64,000 nucleotides of DNA, from positions 248,001 to 312,000 of the forward strand of contig NIVC01001597.1 in assembly GCA_002269645.1 (NCBI GenBank), in the 5' to 3' direction. Shown here piece by piece: positions 13,182-25,839 of this stretch. Under the pieces are notes generated by a model. That model saw only the letters and a program-made list of their open reading frames with translations, had not been told where the DNA came from and ran no database searches. The stretch comes from Macrostomum lignano (lineage: Eukaryota). A program made the translations under genes and the position numbers. Within the stretch, counting starts at the first letter, position 1; the number at the start of each line of letters is the position of its first letter.

Positions 13182-15188
13182 TGATGAGGACGCACCTTTT
13201 TTCAATCTTAGATTTTGCTTCGATGCGCTTTTCCTCTACTGTCAATAGGCTAGCTTAGGAATTTCTCTCCATTCTCTCATCTAGGCTAAGTTCTATACTA
13301 ATTTATGCCATTACTATTAGTTATGTTAGAAACTCAATACTTCTCTTAGGATTCTAATTTTGGATTGTTTACGCACCTTTGAAGGTCAGACTGTCTGGGT
13401 TTGAGATGGATTGACCTCCAACAGTCTAGACAGGCAACACTAAGTCTGGGAGGGACGTTTTCAACCTCGTTCTGACCCCCAGATTTGTGGCTTTTTTACT
13501 GTTCTCAGTGATTTATGGCCGTCTAGCTGTCACTTTTGGCTCCAGCCTGTCTGGGTCAAAGAGGTCTTTCCAGCTTTCTCCCCACTCGCTCTGTTGCTTT
13601 CTCCTTTGATTTATGGGCGTTTTGCTGTCACTTTTGGCGCCAGGATGTCTAGACAAGTGACTTTTATTATGTTTTGCTTATGATTTATGACCGCACCTGT
13701 CAAATTCCCTGGGGTCTGAAGGCCACAGCTGGTGGGTGGGTTTTGGGGTCTTGAGCTCAGCCAACCAGAGTTGACCTGACTGCCCCGGCTCGACCAATCA
13801 GAAAATTCGGCGCCTATTTTAACAAAAGCTCTCAGCCAATCGGAAAATTCGGCGTGCTTTATAACAAATCGGCCGCGTGAGAGCTATAAAAGCGGCCAAC
13901 TCGACCCGCGCTCGAGTACCTGCGGCTTTTCCGACCCTTTGGGTGTTTCCGGACTTGCTGGTGTCTTGTTCCGGCTGCCCCTTCGGCATCTGCATGGTCC
14001 CCCTTCCCCGGCAGCTTCGGCTTCAGCAGCTAAGTTTTCCCTCGGGAGACGTCACCAGTCTTTCCCGGCGCGAACCAAAAGCAGCACCGACCATCGGCAA
14101 GTGAAGAGTAGCGGCGGCAATCGTCAGTCAAGATCAGCAACAGCATCCCATCTGAGCGCTTCGGTCTCTGTGGATTCCTTGGCCACCGGCAGATAGGACC
14201 TGCTTAACTGGGTGCACCCTTTGTCTGACCCTTCCTAGGTAGTCTGATAGGATTTGCACTTTTGCTTACTTGCTTTTGTGTGCCAATCTCGAGGCAGCAG
14301 TGTCAGTTAATATTAAAAGTAGCCATTTGCTCTAACTCAATCTAAAGTGTTTAGGATTGCGGATTAAGTGAGAAAGTTAAATCTGGAAGTTAAAGACCTA
14401 GCGTTTTATTTCTTTTCGCAATGCCAGCTGAGATGAGCGGCTAAATCTAGAGGCAGAGGTCACGGTGGACCGGAAGCGGCACAGTTCCCAGTCGATCAGA
14501 CGATCTAAGAAATCATTATGTAAGCATGCAAATTAAGAGCCAGACTGGCGCTTTGGCGCGGTCACAGGCAGTTAAGCGGCTAAAGTAAGTTAAATATTAG
14601 TCTAAAGATCTCCGAAAGTGACAATGCATCTACATCAACGCTATCTGTCGACGTGTTAACACATTAGTGCCAAGAGCGTGCAGTTACGTGTACTTAAATA
14701 CATGTACTTCTGGGAATTTGTAATGAAATAGTACATTTAGTAGTGTATGAATGCTCGCCAGTGCAAGAACCCCCTGCAAAAGTCCTCTCTGTCCCTGCAT
14801 GGCTAATGCGATCCTAGTCCCAGCAGCGTCCTTTCTATTCGGCTATGATTCGAGAAAGACAGCTAAAAGACACTAGATGGCAGTTAAGTGCAGTGCCCCT
14901 CTAGTCGGAAGTCCGATTTCGATAGCTCCGGTTTGGTGAGCCGGCCGGGGCACGGACTGGTGGCAGCGGGTTAGTTAATCTGCGGATTAGCTAATCTCTA
15001 CCTTTCAAATTCTCCGGCCCTGCTTGTCTCTCGCTGTCTTCTCCTAGCTATAGGACCTTGCTGCTCGCCCACAATCTAGCTATACCATGGGGCTGACCAT
15101 CTGACAGGAGTGAGAGGCCAGAGTTCTAAGTGATTCATTTCTGAATTCTGAGGCCCGAAGCTATAGGCTTAAAAGGCCGAACCCATCA
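13182..15188 (+). mobile_element. Solo LTR (about 2.0 kb), copy B
   Basis: Starts TGATGAGGACGCAC, ends CCCATCA; 4-bp TSD ATAC; two CCAAT boxes (about 13794 and 13837) and TATAAAA near 13885; diverged homolog of 1142-3138. Confidence 0.8.
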
Positions 15189-16743
15189 ATACATGTATTG
15201 CCTAGAAGACGATATTGACTTGTTGATTCTAACATATCTTATCTATCTTCTTGGGTTGTTGCGCAAGTACTTGCAAGAACGTGCAAGATCTTCGCTATGA
15301 CAAATGAATAACAAAACAAATGTACCTCCCATCTTAGAAGATCCTGCAAGAACCGATCAGATTGAGAAGATCTGCTAAGAATGGCACAGATACAGGATCT
15401 GCTAAGTTTGAGAGAAACAGAATGTCCTCTAGGGTAGTGGTAGGATTCAACGCATTTAATCACACGTTTTTTACATGCAAGATTTTGCCATGCCAGGGGG
15501 AAGAAAGTGTCTAAAATATACTTCGTATAACTGGTTACAATTTTTATACTTTGAGTCGGGTTATAATTTTTCCAGTTCTTATAAAATGTCGCGCGCATTT
15601 AAATAACTTTTTTCATTGCTGAATTCGCCGCGGCGCGCATGGTCGTTGTTGCATACAGCGCTGATAGTGCCATTGCAATTGTACTCTTTTGTAGCGTTCT
15701 TTCACTGAACTATCTCAAATTTGTATTCTTAATTTTAATCTTCATTTCTCAGAGAGAAGAGAAGAGCCTAAATATTTCTTTATGATTTTTTCAATGGTTT
15801 CCTTGGGCTTGAAATTATTTGGTCCTAATGCCAATGGTCCTAATTAGACTTATTAGGCCTAATAAGACAGTAGGCCCTATATACAATATTTAGCTTACAA
15901 TATTATAATATTACAATATTCTACCATATTAGCCGCCCCTCCCAAAATAGCTTGACGACAGAACAGAACATATTGCACCCCCCAAAAACCTAAATTTGCA
16001 CCTCTGACCTCTTAAACTAGATTTTTTGCCTCCAAATGCCTCTTTTGCACCTCTAAGCTTGATTTTTCACCTCCTAAATGCATTTTTGCGCCCCTGGCCT
16101 AAGATTGATTTTTTGCCTCTTAGATGCATTTTTGCACCTTTTAGGCTTAGCTTAAAAATTGGCACCACCCTATATATTTATATTGCCCATATTGCGGTGC
16201 GGATTGTGTTAAATGTATGCCAGAAAGTATTTGGCTATCTAGTAAAGTGTATGCCAGTAAATTACACCAATTAAGTGTTCTAGTAAAATTGTATGCCACT
16301 AAAAATGCATGATTAACAAGCACATAACCAATGCAACAAGCATTAGATGCGGCGCGAATGAATAATAATTGCTGCAGAAAAATAAAGTATGTATCATTTA
16401 AAAATAAAAATAATTAGTGAATCAAAATAGTTACATATATAGGCCTAATCAATTTAGGTACATTCTTATTAATAAATTTGAGGCAGCGCTGGATTCTACC
16501 GCTGTACTTATGACTAAGTGACTAGCTGATTGACTATTGAAATATTGACTGTACATCCAGTGTACCCACCATCCCAATTTCGTACCCCATGCCCCCTGCC
16601 ACCCCAATGCGTTAATAATTATATATTGAGCTTCGTTTGTGTTAGCATCATTTATGATTAATATATCGAAACTGAGACATCGTTTATTTACAATACCAAA
16701 TCATCATGTTGCTCAGTTGAACTCTTAATTAAACGACGCGACA

Positions 16744-19700
16744 ATGGTGTTGCAAGCAGAAAGGCAGAGTCATGAACTCAATTTGGACGACGCCGACATG
16801 GCCAAAGCATGGATGCAGCAACTCTCAGCCACAGCGCACATCAAAAAGCTAACAGACTCGGATGAGGCTCGGGACAAAACTGACCTATTCTTATCTAAGG
16901 CCAGCCTTCAGGCAATTCGCACGCTATCCCTAATGGCAGCACCAAAAAAACTTGATGAGATGAAATTCGATGACATCAAAAAGCTCGTTGACGAGACGAT
17001 CCGGCCAAAAAGTCACTTGTAATTGCCAAACGCACCAGGTTCCTCAGCTTGAAGCAGGAATCAGGTGAGACCGTCATAGCCTACTACCGGAGGCTGAGGG
17101 CTGCTACGTCACACTGCGAATTTGAAAAGCTGGGCAGCAAGCAGACAAAGGAGGACGACATGATTACCATGCGATTAATTGACGGCCTCAACTCCTTAGA
17201 GCACAAAAAAGAATCTTGGAGCGCCTACAAAACGAAGATGGAGAAACGCCACTCAACAGGATTTTGCAAAATTTGCAGCAGCTTGAGCAGATCTGTGACT
17301 ACAACACGCCGGCTCCTGCTGACATTGCCTTCGCCGGTCAACAGAGGGGAGTCTCTTCACCTACCAAGCCACAGCCGTCAATCAAATGCAGGTTCTGCGG
17401 CGCCAATCACCTGAGGGGCAACTGCCCAGCCTACGGCAAAAAATGCTCCAAGTGCCAAAAAATAAATCACTTTGCGGCTGTCTGCAGATCACGAGCTGTC
17501 CATCAAGAAATCGCAGTCGATGCAGAAGAAGCAGACATGTATACTCTCAGCCCCAACAGAGCTAAAGCGGGCCTCTTCAAGACCATCAAAATCAACGGCC
17601 AGGGTATCTCAATGCAAGTCGACACCGGAGCTGAGATCAGTCTGATTCCGCAGAACCTCTGGCGCCAGCTGGGCCGGCCCACCCTGCGCAAGTGCAGGAG
17701 AATTCTCCGGCAGTTCGACGGCTCCAGCATCGCCTGCCTCGGGGAATTCACTGCGTCACTCGAGACCAACTCGAAATTCGTCACGATTGGCCTGGTTGTC
17801 ACCGCCGCGGAGAAGAAGCACGGTCTGCTTGGCATGGACAACATAAAGCTCCAAGAAGACGCGGTCACCATCAACGCAGTCCAACAGCTCGGATGCCTCA
17901 AAGGGTTCAAAGCTAAGATTAGACTGGTGGAAGGAGCCAAAGCGTTCTATTGTGCTGCCCAGTCCGTGCCGCTACACCTCAGAGACTTGGTGGTGCGCGA
18001 GCTGCAAAGAATGGAATCCGAGGGTATCATTGAGGCGGTCCCTCCCGGAGGCAGCCAGTGGGCATCGCCTATTGTCAACGTGCTCAAGCCAAATGGAAAG
18101 GTTCGTGTCTGTGCCGATTTCAAAGCTGGTGTCAATCACCAGATATGCAATGACACCTACCCGATCCCGGAGATGGAGACGATTTTTTCTGAGATAGCAG
18201 GCATGTCGCACTTTGCTAAACTGGATCTCTCTGATGCTTACCTGCAAATCGAACTCGATGAAGATAGCCGAGAGGTGACAACAATCGCGACACCTTTGGG
18301 TCTCTTCCGCTACAAAAGGCTGGTTCCCGGGCTGAAATCTGCATCGGCCATTTTCCAAAAAGCCATGGAAACAATCCTACAGGATGTCAGCAACAAGATT
18401 GTCTACCAGGATGACGTCCTCCTGGGAGCGAAGTCCAACGCCGAATTAAGGAGCAAAGTGCAGCACGTTCTCCAGACGATGCGAACTGCTGGAATGACAA
18501 TCAACGTAGAAAAGTCCAATCTAAGCGCAACGGAGGTCAGATTCCTCGGCTACAGCATCAGCGCGAGCGGGATCACCCCGGACCCCAATCTGGTCGGAAA
18601 AATTCGTTCCGTGAACTCGCCGAAGGACAGAAAGCAGCTCGAATCGTTTCTAGGACTTTCCAACTTCTTCGGGAGGTTTATTAAGAATTACTCTGACGTC
18701 ATAGAACCGCTCAATCAACTCCGGGGCCGAAACGTTGAGTTCGTCTGGGGCCCAGCCCAGGAAGCTGCCTTCACGCGAATCAAGGATCTGCTCTGCAGCG
18801 AGCCTGTAATCAAGCCGTATGACAAGCACAAAGAGACCACGCTTACCACCGATGCTAGCGAGAAAGCCATCGGAGCGATCCTCTCGCAGGGCAACCACCC
18901 GATCATGTACTTCAGCCGGAAACTGAGCAGTGCAGAAGCAGGGTATTCAAACATCGAGAGAGAGGCGCTGGCGATCGTTTGGGCTATGGAGCGTGCGAAA
19001 CAGTTCCTATTAGGGTCGCGCTTCACACTCAGAACGGATCATCGCCCGCTGGAATTCATCTTCGGGTCAAGGCGCCAGCTGCCGAAGGTTGCCAATGCGA
19101 GACTTCTCCGATGGGCAATCAAACTGATGGCCTTTGACTATGACATCGTCTACACTAAAGGCGAATCGATTCCGCAAGTAGATGCACTTTCGCGGCTGGA
19201 TTTTGAAGGTGACAGCGACACCGAGCTGACAGAGCGGCCGGAAAGCATCATTCACTGGACTGGCGAGGCTGTGATCCCGTGGCAGGAGTTGAAATCAGAG
19301 ACCCAAAGGGACCGACTGCTGCTTGATGTCATGAAACGCGTTGCTGTCAACAGATGGTCAAACTGTTCGCCAGCCGAAAGACCTTTCAAGGCCATCCGAC
19401 ACGCCCTCACGACCGACGACGGAGTTCTCTGCTACGGTGATCGCCCAGTCATCCCGGCTGTCCTCCGACAAGGCGTTCTTGGAATTGTGCACGATACGCA
19501 TCAGGGATCTGGCTCAACGCGCGCTCGCCTACAGAACTCAGCCTGGTGGCCCGGCTATTGCAGCGACGTCGAGGTCTACGTTCGAGGTTGCCCGACCTGC
19601 TCAAGACTGCGCCCGAGTGGTCTGGAGAGTGTCCACAGGTGGCCCGACGAGGAAAAGCCGTGGCACAGGGTCCACATGGATCATGCGTGCGTGCCGAGGG

Positions 19701-20587
19701 TCGGACTCCTGCTCATTCTAGTTGACGCTATGTCCGGCTGGCCCGAGGCCGTACGAGTGCAAAACAGGGACGCGGCGACAGTCAAGCGGGTGTTGCAGAC
19801 AGTCTTTGCTAGGAACAGCGTGCCTCATGTGCTGGTCAGCGACAACGCCGCCGAGTTCCACGACGCCAATCTGATCGCCTGGCTGGAAAGAATCGGCTGC
19901 CGCGCCATCAAGACTCCCCCGCGACACCCTCAGTCTAACGGCTTGGCCGAGCGGATGGTCCAGTCTATCAAGAGAGCATCTGCGGCGTGGGACCAGTCCG
20001 AAAGCTACGAGTCGTTCCTGTCCAGGGTACTCCTAAACTACAGGTGTGTGCCGCATGCTGGGCGCCAGCAGAGCCCGTCACAGCTCATGGGTCGAAAACT
20101 ACGCAACCCGATAACCATGCGCACACCAATCGGAGCGAGCCTGTGGTACACGCCTGGTGATCAGCAGCGTCAGGAGCAAGCTGAGTTCGTCGTGCAGAAG
20201 GGAACCAACACCACCCTAATCGCTCGTCAAGGCGGTCGCATCGCCCTGGCGCATGCGGATCAGCTGAGACGCGTTGTAGAAGACCAGGTCCAGCCAAACC
20301 GATTCGGCCGGAGCCTACCTATCGAACTCGGTCAGGATCTGCCAGGCGAAGTCGGTCAGGAGCCGCCTGGCGAACTCGGTCAGGACCCGCCTGGCGAACT
20401 CGGTCAGGACCCGCCTGGCGAACTCAGTCAGGACCCGCCTGGCGAACTCGGTCAGGACCCGCCTGGCGAACTCAGTCGGGACCCGCCCACCGAATCCGAA
20501 CAAGGCCCAAGTCAAACAGCAGTACGTCGCTACCCAGCTCGGTCAACTCGAGGCATGCCCCCTATCCGTTTTGAAGGGGGGAGATGA
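16744..20587 (+). CDS. Gag-Pol polyprotein (zinc knuckles, protease, RT, RNase H, integrase)
   Basis: CRFCGANHLRGNCPAYGKKCSKCQKINHFAAVC, VDTGAEISL, YQDDVL, TTDAS...YSNIEREALA, H-H-C-C and VSDNA...HPQSNGLAER; two frame breaks in A-runs (17007-17011, 17205-17210). Confidence 0.92.
20330..20480 (+). repeat. 24-bp tandem repeat encoding (PGELGQDP)n at the Pol C-terminus
   Basis: About 6 units of GGCGAACTCGGTCAGGACCCGCCT. Confidence 0.9.
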
Positions 20588-22417
20588 GGCAGCGCTGGAT
20601 TCTACCGCTGTACTTATGACTAAGTGACTAGCTGATTGACTATTGAAATATTGACTGTACATCCAGTGTACCCACCACCCCGATTTCGTACCCCGTGCGC
20701 CCCGCCACCCCAATGCGTTAATAATTATATATTGAGCTTCATTTGTGTTAGCATCGTTTATGATTAATATATCAAAACTGAGACATCATTTATTTACAAT
20801 ACCAAATCATTGTGTTGCTCAGTTGAACTCTTAATTAAACGACGCGACAAAATTTATAAAAAATAACTATAGATATTATTTAAAAACTATTTTATTATCA
20901 TAAATTTAAAATTAACCTTATTATAGGGAATGATTGTTTAGCATAATTTACGCAATTATGACACAATTCAATGCTTTTGTTCATTGCGCAACAAGCTTGA
21001 AAATGTATAGTTAAGAATTGTACGCCGATGATTGTGTCAGAAAGTTGTATTTCCTCCCTGTATGCCATATGTACATTAGCTAAAGCATTTGTAGGCCAGA
21101 TGTATGCCAGCTAAAGCATTTGTCATAAGCCAAATGCTAAAGCCATACTACACCTTTCGCAATATGAATGTTGGTGCTCTAAACTTTGACTGCCCTCCCC
21201 AAAAAGAAACTAGATCTACTACTGCCTTGATTTATACTAGCTAGGCCTATGCACTATGCTTTATGTCTTACTTTTTTTACTAAACATGCAACTTACACTT
21301 AGGCTTACCTGTGTCTGTGAAAGAAAACATAGGCCTAAAGCAAAAAGCAATACAATTGTAGGTAAATAATAAGAGTAACTATGATTACACTGGGTAACAA
21401 AAAATCTTTTTTGAAAAATTGTCTAGGGTTTTCCAGCTGAATTAGACTAATTTTGATGCTCTGAGTCTGAAAATGAACTTGGTTTTGCTCAGTCAGGTCA
21501 GGATTTTTCACTACAAAAGTTTTTAAAAAAACTATTTTTCATAAAACAAATTTTTGTATATTATAAGAAACCCCTAGTTTTTCCATTTTCCCCAAGAAAT
21601 AAAAGTCTATGTAGTTACATTCATTCAGTTTTATTTACTCTATTAAATTGATCAGAATGTATTAGATATGATCAAGGTGTTATCATAGTAAGCTCGTATA
21701 AGAAAAGTGTTACTCGTACATGACAAAAGTTCAAAGTTCACGGCATAAATCAGCATTTCTTCGATTCCCGTGTGTGAGTAGCTGCTGGGTTGTCTCTCTT
21801 CAGTGACTAGCAGTAGTCCGCCAGCATGACTGCGTCCCACCTCCCTTGGTACCTCTCCTCCATTTGGCGCATGTCCTGATGGAACCTTTCTCCCTGCTCG
21901 TCGCTCATTGCCCCAAGGTTTTCAGGAAACTTCTCCATGTGTGAGAACAGGAAGTGCATCTTTATGCTCATCAAACACCTGAGTTTTCTGAAGGCCTCTA
22001 TCATGTTGCTGATGAGTCTGGCGTGGTTTGGTGCCTTTGTGTTCCCTAGAAAGTTGTTCACCACCTGCACAAACGATTTCTAGGCAGCGCACTCTAGCAT
22101 GTTCATGAAGTTTTGAAACTCTGGGTCTTTGATGAGCTGCCGGATCTGTGGGCCATCGAAGATGCCAGCCTTCAGCTTCTCAATGGTCAGTCGAGGAAAA
22201 GCTTGGCACAGGTAGTTAAAGCACCTCCCATCTTTGTCCAGAGCGCACGTGAACTGTTTCATTAACCCAAGCTTCATATGTAGCGGTGGGATCAATATCT
22301 TCTCCCAGTCAACAAGAGGTTCGTTTACAATGTTTCTTGTTCCAGGTACTAACTGCTCTCGCGCAGGCCACTCTTTTTTTTATATAGTGCTGGGCTCTGT
22401 CTCGACTGTCCCACATA

Positions 22418-22713
22418 CATACATGCGCAACCTCCAAAATTCGGTCGGCCGTGCGACTTAGTTTTAACAAAAATGCGACGTAGTTTTTGGCCAAAAAATG
22501 CGACTTACATGTAAAAAAACCGGAAAGCAAATAAACGCAACTTTAGGTAAACGGCGGAAGTAACTATGACTGTCTTATAAAGCTAAAATGCCTTGTCAGC
22601 TACTTAGTACTACTACTTTGTGTTTTTCCGGTGGGCATTTTTGCGACTTACTTGGTTGGCCGCCAAATTGGTCGGCCGAATCGGCCGACTCGGCCGACTG
22701 TTGCGCATGTATG
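22418..22713 (+). mobile_element. 296-bp MITE (TIR CATACATGCGCAAC, 8-bp TSD; hAT/P-type) inserted in the Chapaev transposase
   Basis: TSD CCCACATA at 22410-22417 and 22714-22721; removing the MITE restores PCFICMWDSRDR; homologous to 49621-49887. Confidence 0.92.
22546..22608 (+). other. 28S rRNA-derived segment (helix 69 / R2 target region) inside the MITE
   Basis: GGTAAACGGCGGAAGTAACTATGACTGTCTTA-TAAAGCTA-AAATGCCTTGTCAGCTACTTAGT versus the conserved 28S GGTAAACGGCGGGAGTAACTATGACTCTCTTA-AGGTAGCC-AAATGCCTCGTCATCTAATTAGT (recalled reference). Confidence 0.85.
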
Positions 22714-24629
22714 CCCACATACATATGAAGCATGGGTATTTTGTGAACCCGGATTGCTGACCAAGTAAAAAGTTCACCATCTTGAAGTCAACGTAGATGA
22801 TCCATTGGTGCTGCTCATATTGGATTTTGTCGAGCACATACTTCACTGCTTCATATTTCTCTTTGAGAGTTGTCGAATGCGCAAGAGGGATTGAGGCAAA
22901 CTGGTTCCCATTGTGGAGGAGCACACACTTCAAAGAGCGTTTACAACTGTCAATGAAGAGTTGCCAATCTCTCAGATCGTATTGAGGAGCACCGAGTTTG
23001 ACAACAAGACTGGAGACATCTTGGCAATACACGAGGTCTTCCTCCTGGCAGAAGTAGACCATGTATTCCTCATGTCTTCTGCAAAAGAAGGTAATACGCG
23101 CATCCTCGCCAAGAAGATTTTTCTCTTTGAGTCTCGAGGCCAACAGCTCGGAAGAAGTCTTCGACAAGCTGAGATCCCGAACCAGATCATTAAGCTCACA
23201 TTGTGAAAAAGGCTATGGACCATCTTGTGCTTCATATTTGTATTCTATATCTCCTTCCTCATCTGTAGTGCTCAGGGTCTCATCATCACAATCAGGAAGC
23301 TCTGTGAATGCTGGTATCGGAATTTCTTCGCAGTGAGCAACTGGATGGTGGGCAGATGGAAGGTCGGGGTACTGGAGGCTATGCCGATTCTTCCTGTTGA
23401 TACCAGTAGTGTTGATGGTGCAGAAGTAACAATCCGATGCATGGTCAAATGGCTCCCTCCAAACCATTGAAATTCCAAACTTCAGTGAAGTTTTTGCGTC
23501 CTTTGTCCACCGCCGGAGGTATTCCACGCACATCTTGCACACTGTGTGGGGTGCCCAGGACTTATCTTGGTCACCCAACTTGACTTTAAAATAAGCCTGG
23601 TAGGCACGCTTCACAAATCCTGTGATGTTCTTCCTATCTACTGATAGCGTGTATTCTCCACAGATGTAGCAGAAAATGTCAGGATTATTCCTACATGACT
23701 GTCGAGCCGAAGCCATATCAATAAGCTGAAAGTAATGGCAGGATGCCATATATTGATGAACATATATAATATAATATAATATATAAATGATATATTTATT
23801 TAAATAATATATAAGTATAATACTAAAATAATGTAGGGCCTATATATCATAGATACAAAAGTGGAACTTAAGACCCCTATAGTATTAGCATATGCATAGC
23901 CTGTCAGGTAGACATATGGCTGTATCTCAAAAAGTTGACCTGATAGGGCAAAATCAATGTGATATTCAGACTCAGAGCACCAAAATTAGTCTGAATCAGC
24001 TGAGAAAACTCTGACGATTTTTTAACTGTTACCCAGTGTTATCTTATGAAGTCTAAAAATGCTTTATCATTTAATTAGTTTATTATCTAATCTTAATTAG
24101 TTTACTAGTTTACCATCTCTAAATAGCAAGATTGTCTAGGCCTATATTTTTTAGGTAGGAATTTTTGTGACTTACCTTGGTTGGCCTCTTGCTAGCTAGT
24201 TAGATCAGCCAGGTTGGCTTGATATTGCGTATGTATATAGACTAAATAGATTTAAATTCAAGTAGACCTATGTCCTACGCCTATGCCTATTAACTATAAT
24301 ATATTTGATAGGCCTATGGAATATTTTTGGCCCATATAGTTGCTGCAAAAAGTCTAACAATATTGTGCACAAAATTGGAAATTATCTCATGCCTCTGTCA
24401 CTTTACTAGCAAAATTGAAACTCTTATTGCAGTTTCTACTAATTGTTTACTCATGCTTCATACTTTGTGAAATTTTCTAAAACTTATTTTTCAGTGCATC
24501 ATAATAAATCCATTGTGTCAAGTTGTGACTTTACTAGGAAAAAAGCCTGGCATCACTACAATTTCTATCAATTAAAGGCTAGTAGACTAGAGCAAGTCAC
24601 TCAATATGAAATTTATTTTGTATTATAAT

Positions 24630-25750
24630 AGCACCTATCATCAATATTAATACTTTTTTGGATGGCCCTTCAACCATAGAACCTCTGTGCAGCACTTTAT
24701 CATGGACTCCATTTGCCAAGAGCAAAGGTTAGGGCTGATGCTCTCTCACTCTTGCTGTACTGCTTGCCACAGGGTGTCCAGGAAGTATGGGTAGTACTTG
24801 GCAATGTGCACCTTTATGACTTGCCACAAATTTTCTATTGGTAAAAGGTTGGGTGACTGTGCAGGTCAATGTAGCACATAAATTCACCTCTCCTGCAACA
24901 GCTGCTTTATAATTTATGCTGTATGGCAAGAGGCATTGCCTTGCTAGAAGATAATATTAGCCAATAAATGCTACTGCACATATGGCAGCATCACTTGTAA
25001 TAGCAGCTCATGATAATGCATACTATTGACAGCATTGTCGAAGCAGACAATTGGTCCAATGCCAGCAGTGCTCATGCAGCCCCAAATAATTATGGAGTCT
25101 CCACCTCAGTTGCAGTTTGGTTCAGAGCAAAGGGCTGCAGGCACTCTCTTGTGTGCTAGCAAAGTTGCTGACATCTGTCGCAGCACAGGTGGTTCACTTT
25201 GCTCTTGTCAAAGAAGAGCACAAGATGCCACTGCTCCTCAGTGTCCTGCACGTGCTCATGGCCCATTGCTGATAAATGCAACAGTTGCGCTCAGATATAA
25301 GTGGCTTTTTCAATGTGTAGCAGCTGGCCAGCCCAGTCTCCAGCAGTCAGTTGCAGACTGTCTACACCAAGATTTGGGGCAAGGGAATCTCTACTGTGAT
25401 CTCCTGGGCTGTTTTTTGCTTGTCTCTAATTGCCAACAGTTGGATTTAATAGTCTTCACATCTCGTCGTTGCGCGAGGATGACCAGAACAAGGCTGGCTG
25501 TTGGTGCTGCCAGTCTGTTGTAGTCGTTGAAGCGTCCTGCTGACGGTGGATGCTGAAATTCCCAAATCTCGGGCAATTTCATAGTGTCCATAACTTTCAT
25601 CATGCTGTTGGACAATAAGATCTTGTAGCTGCACACTGAGTTCTGCCATGACTTCTTCAAAGGCAAAATTTCAATGAAAATGCTGCGGGGCAAAACATGT
25701 TCAAAACATGGTGTCCGATTGATCAAGCTTGGATAACTGGCTGATAGTGC
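24630..25750 (-). pseudogene. Tc1/mariner transposase relic
   Basis: MAELSVQLQDLIVQQH...IARDLGISASTVSRTLQR (HTH), GGDSIIIWGCMSTAGIGP, F*QGNASCHT; many stops; boundaries approximate. Confidence 0.8.
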
Positions 25751-25839
25751 TTACTGGTTGTGGCTCCAATTACAAGTTCAGCGTCCAATAGCTGGTTAGC
25801 TCGATCTTTGACTGAGGTGGCTAGGTCACGTAGTGATAT

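Larger units (their letters stand above)
16479..20849 (+). mobile_element. Full-length Gypsy LTR retrotransposon, Mag-like clade
   Basis: 265-bp LTRs 16479-16743 and 20585-20849 (TG...CA), 5-bp TSD AAATT, PBS-like TGG at 16745, PPT GAAGGGGGGAGA just before the 3' LTR. Confidence 0.95.
21388..24038 (-). mobile_element. Chapaev3-like (CMC superfamily) DNA transposon with disrupted transposase
   Basis: CACTGGGTAACA / TGTTACCCAGTG termini with about 100-bp imperfect TIRs, 3-bp TSD TTA; transposase motifs FCYICGEY, DQDKSWAPH, WREPFDHASDCYFC, LHMKLGLMKQF, SDEQGERFHQD; stops, a frameshift and a MITE insertion. Confidence 0.8.

Noticed and set aside
17503-20515. Antisense and alternative-frame ORFs over the Gypsy and LINE bodies
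   Set aside because: Shadows of GC-rich coding sequence with no independent motifs.
22546-22608. A true rRNA gene or rDNA unit
   Set aside because: Only about 63 nt match, enclosed in MITE TIRs; no other rRNA sequence nearby.
21807-25100. RIP-like CpA-to-TpA mutation suggested by TGG/CAG-to-TAG stops in transposon relics
   Set aside because: Stop codons necessarily arise this way (ascertainment bias); no unbiased alignment available.
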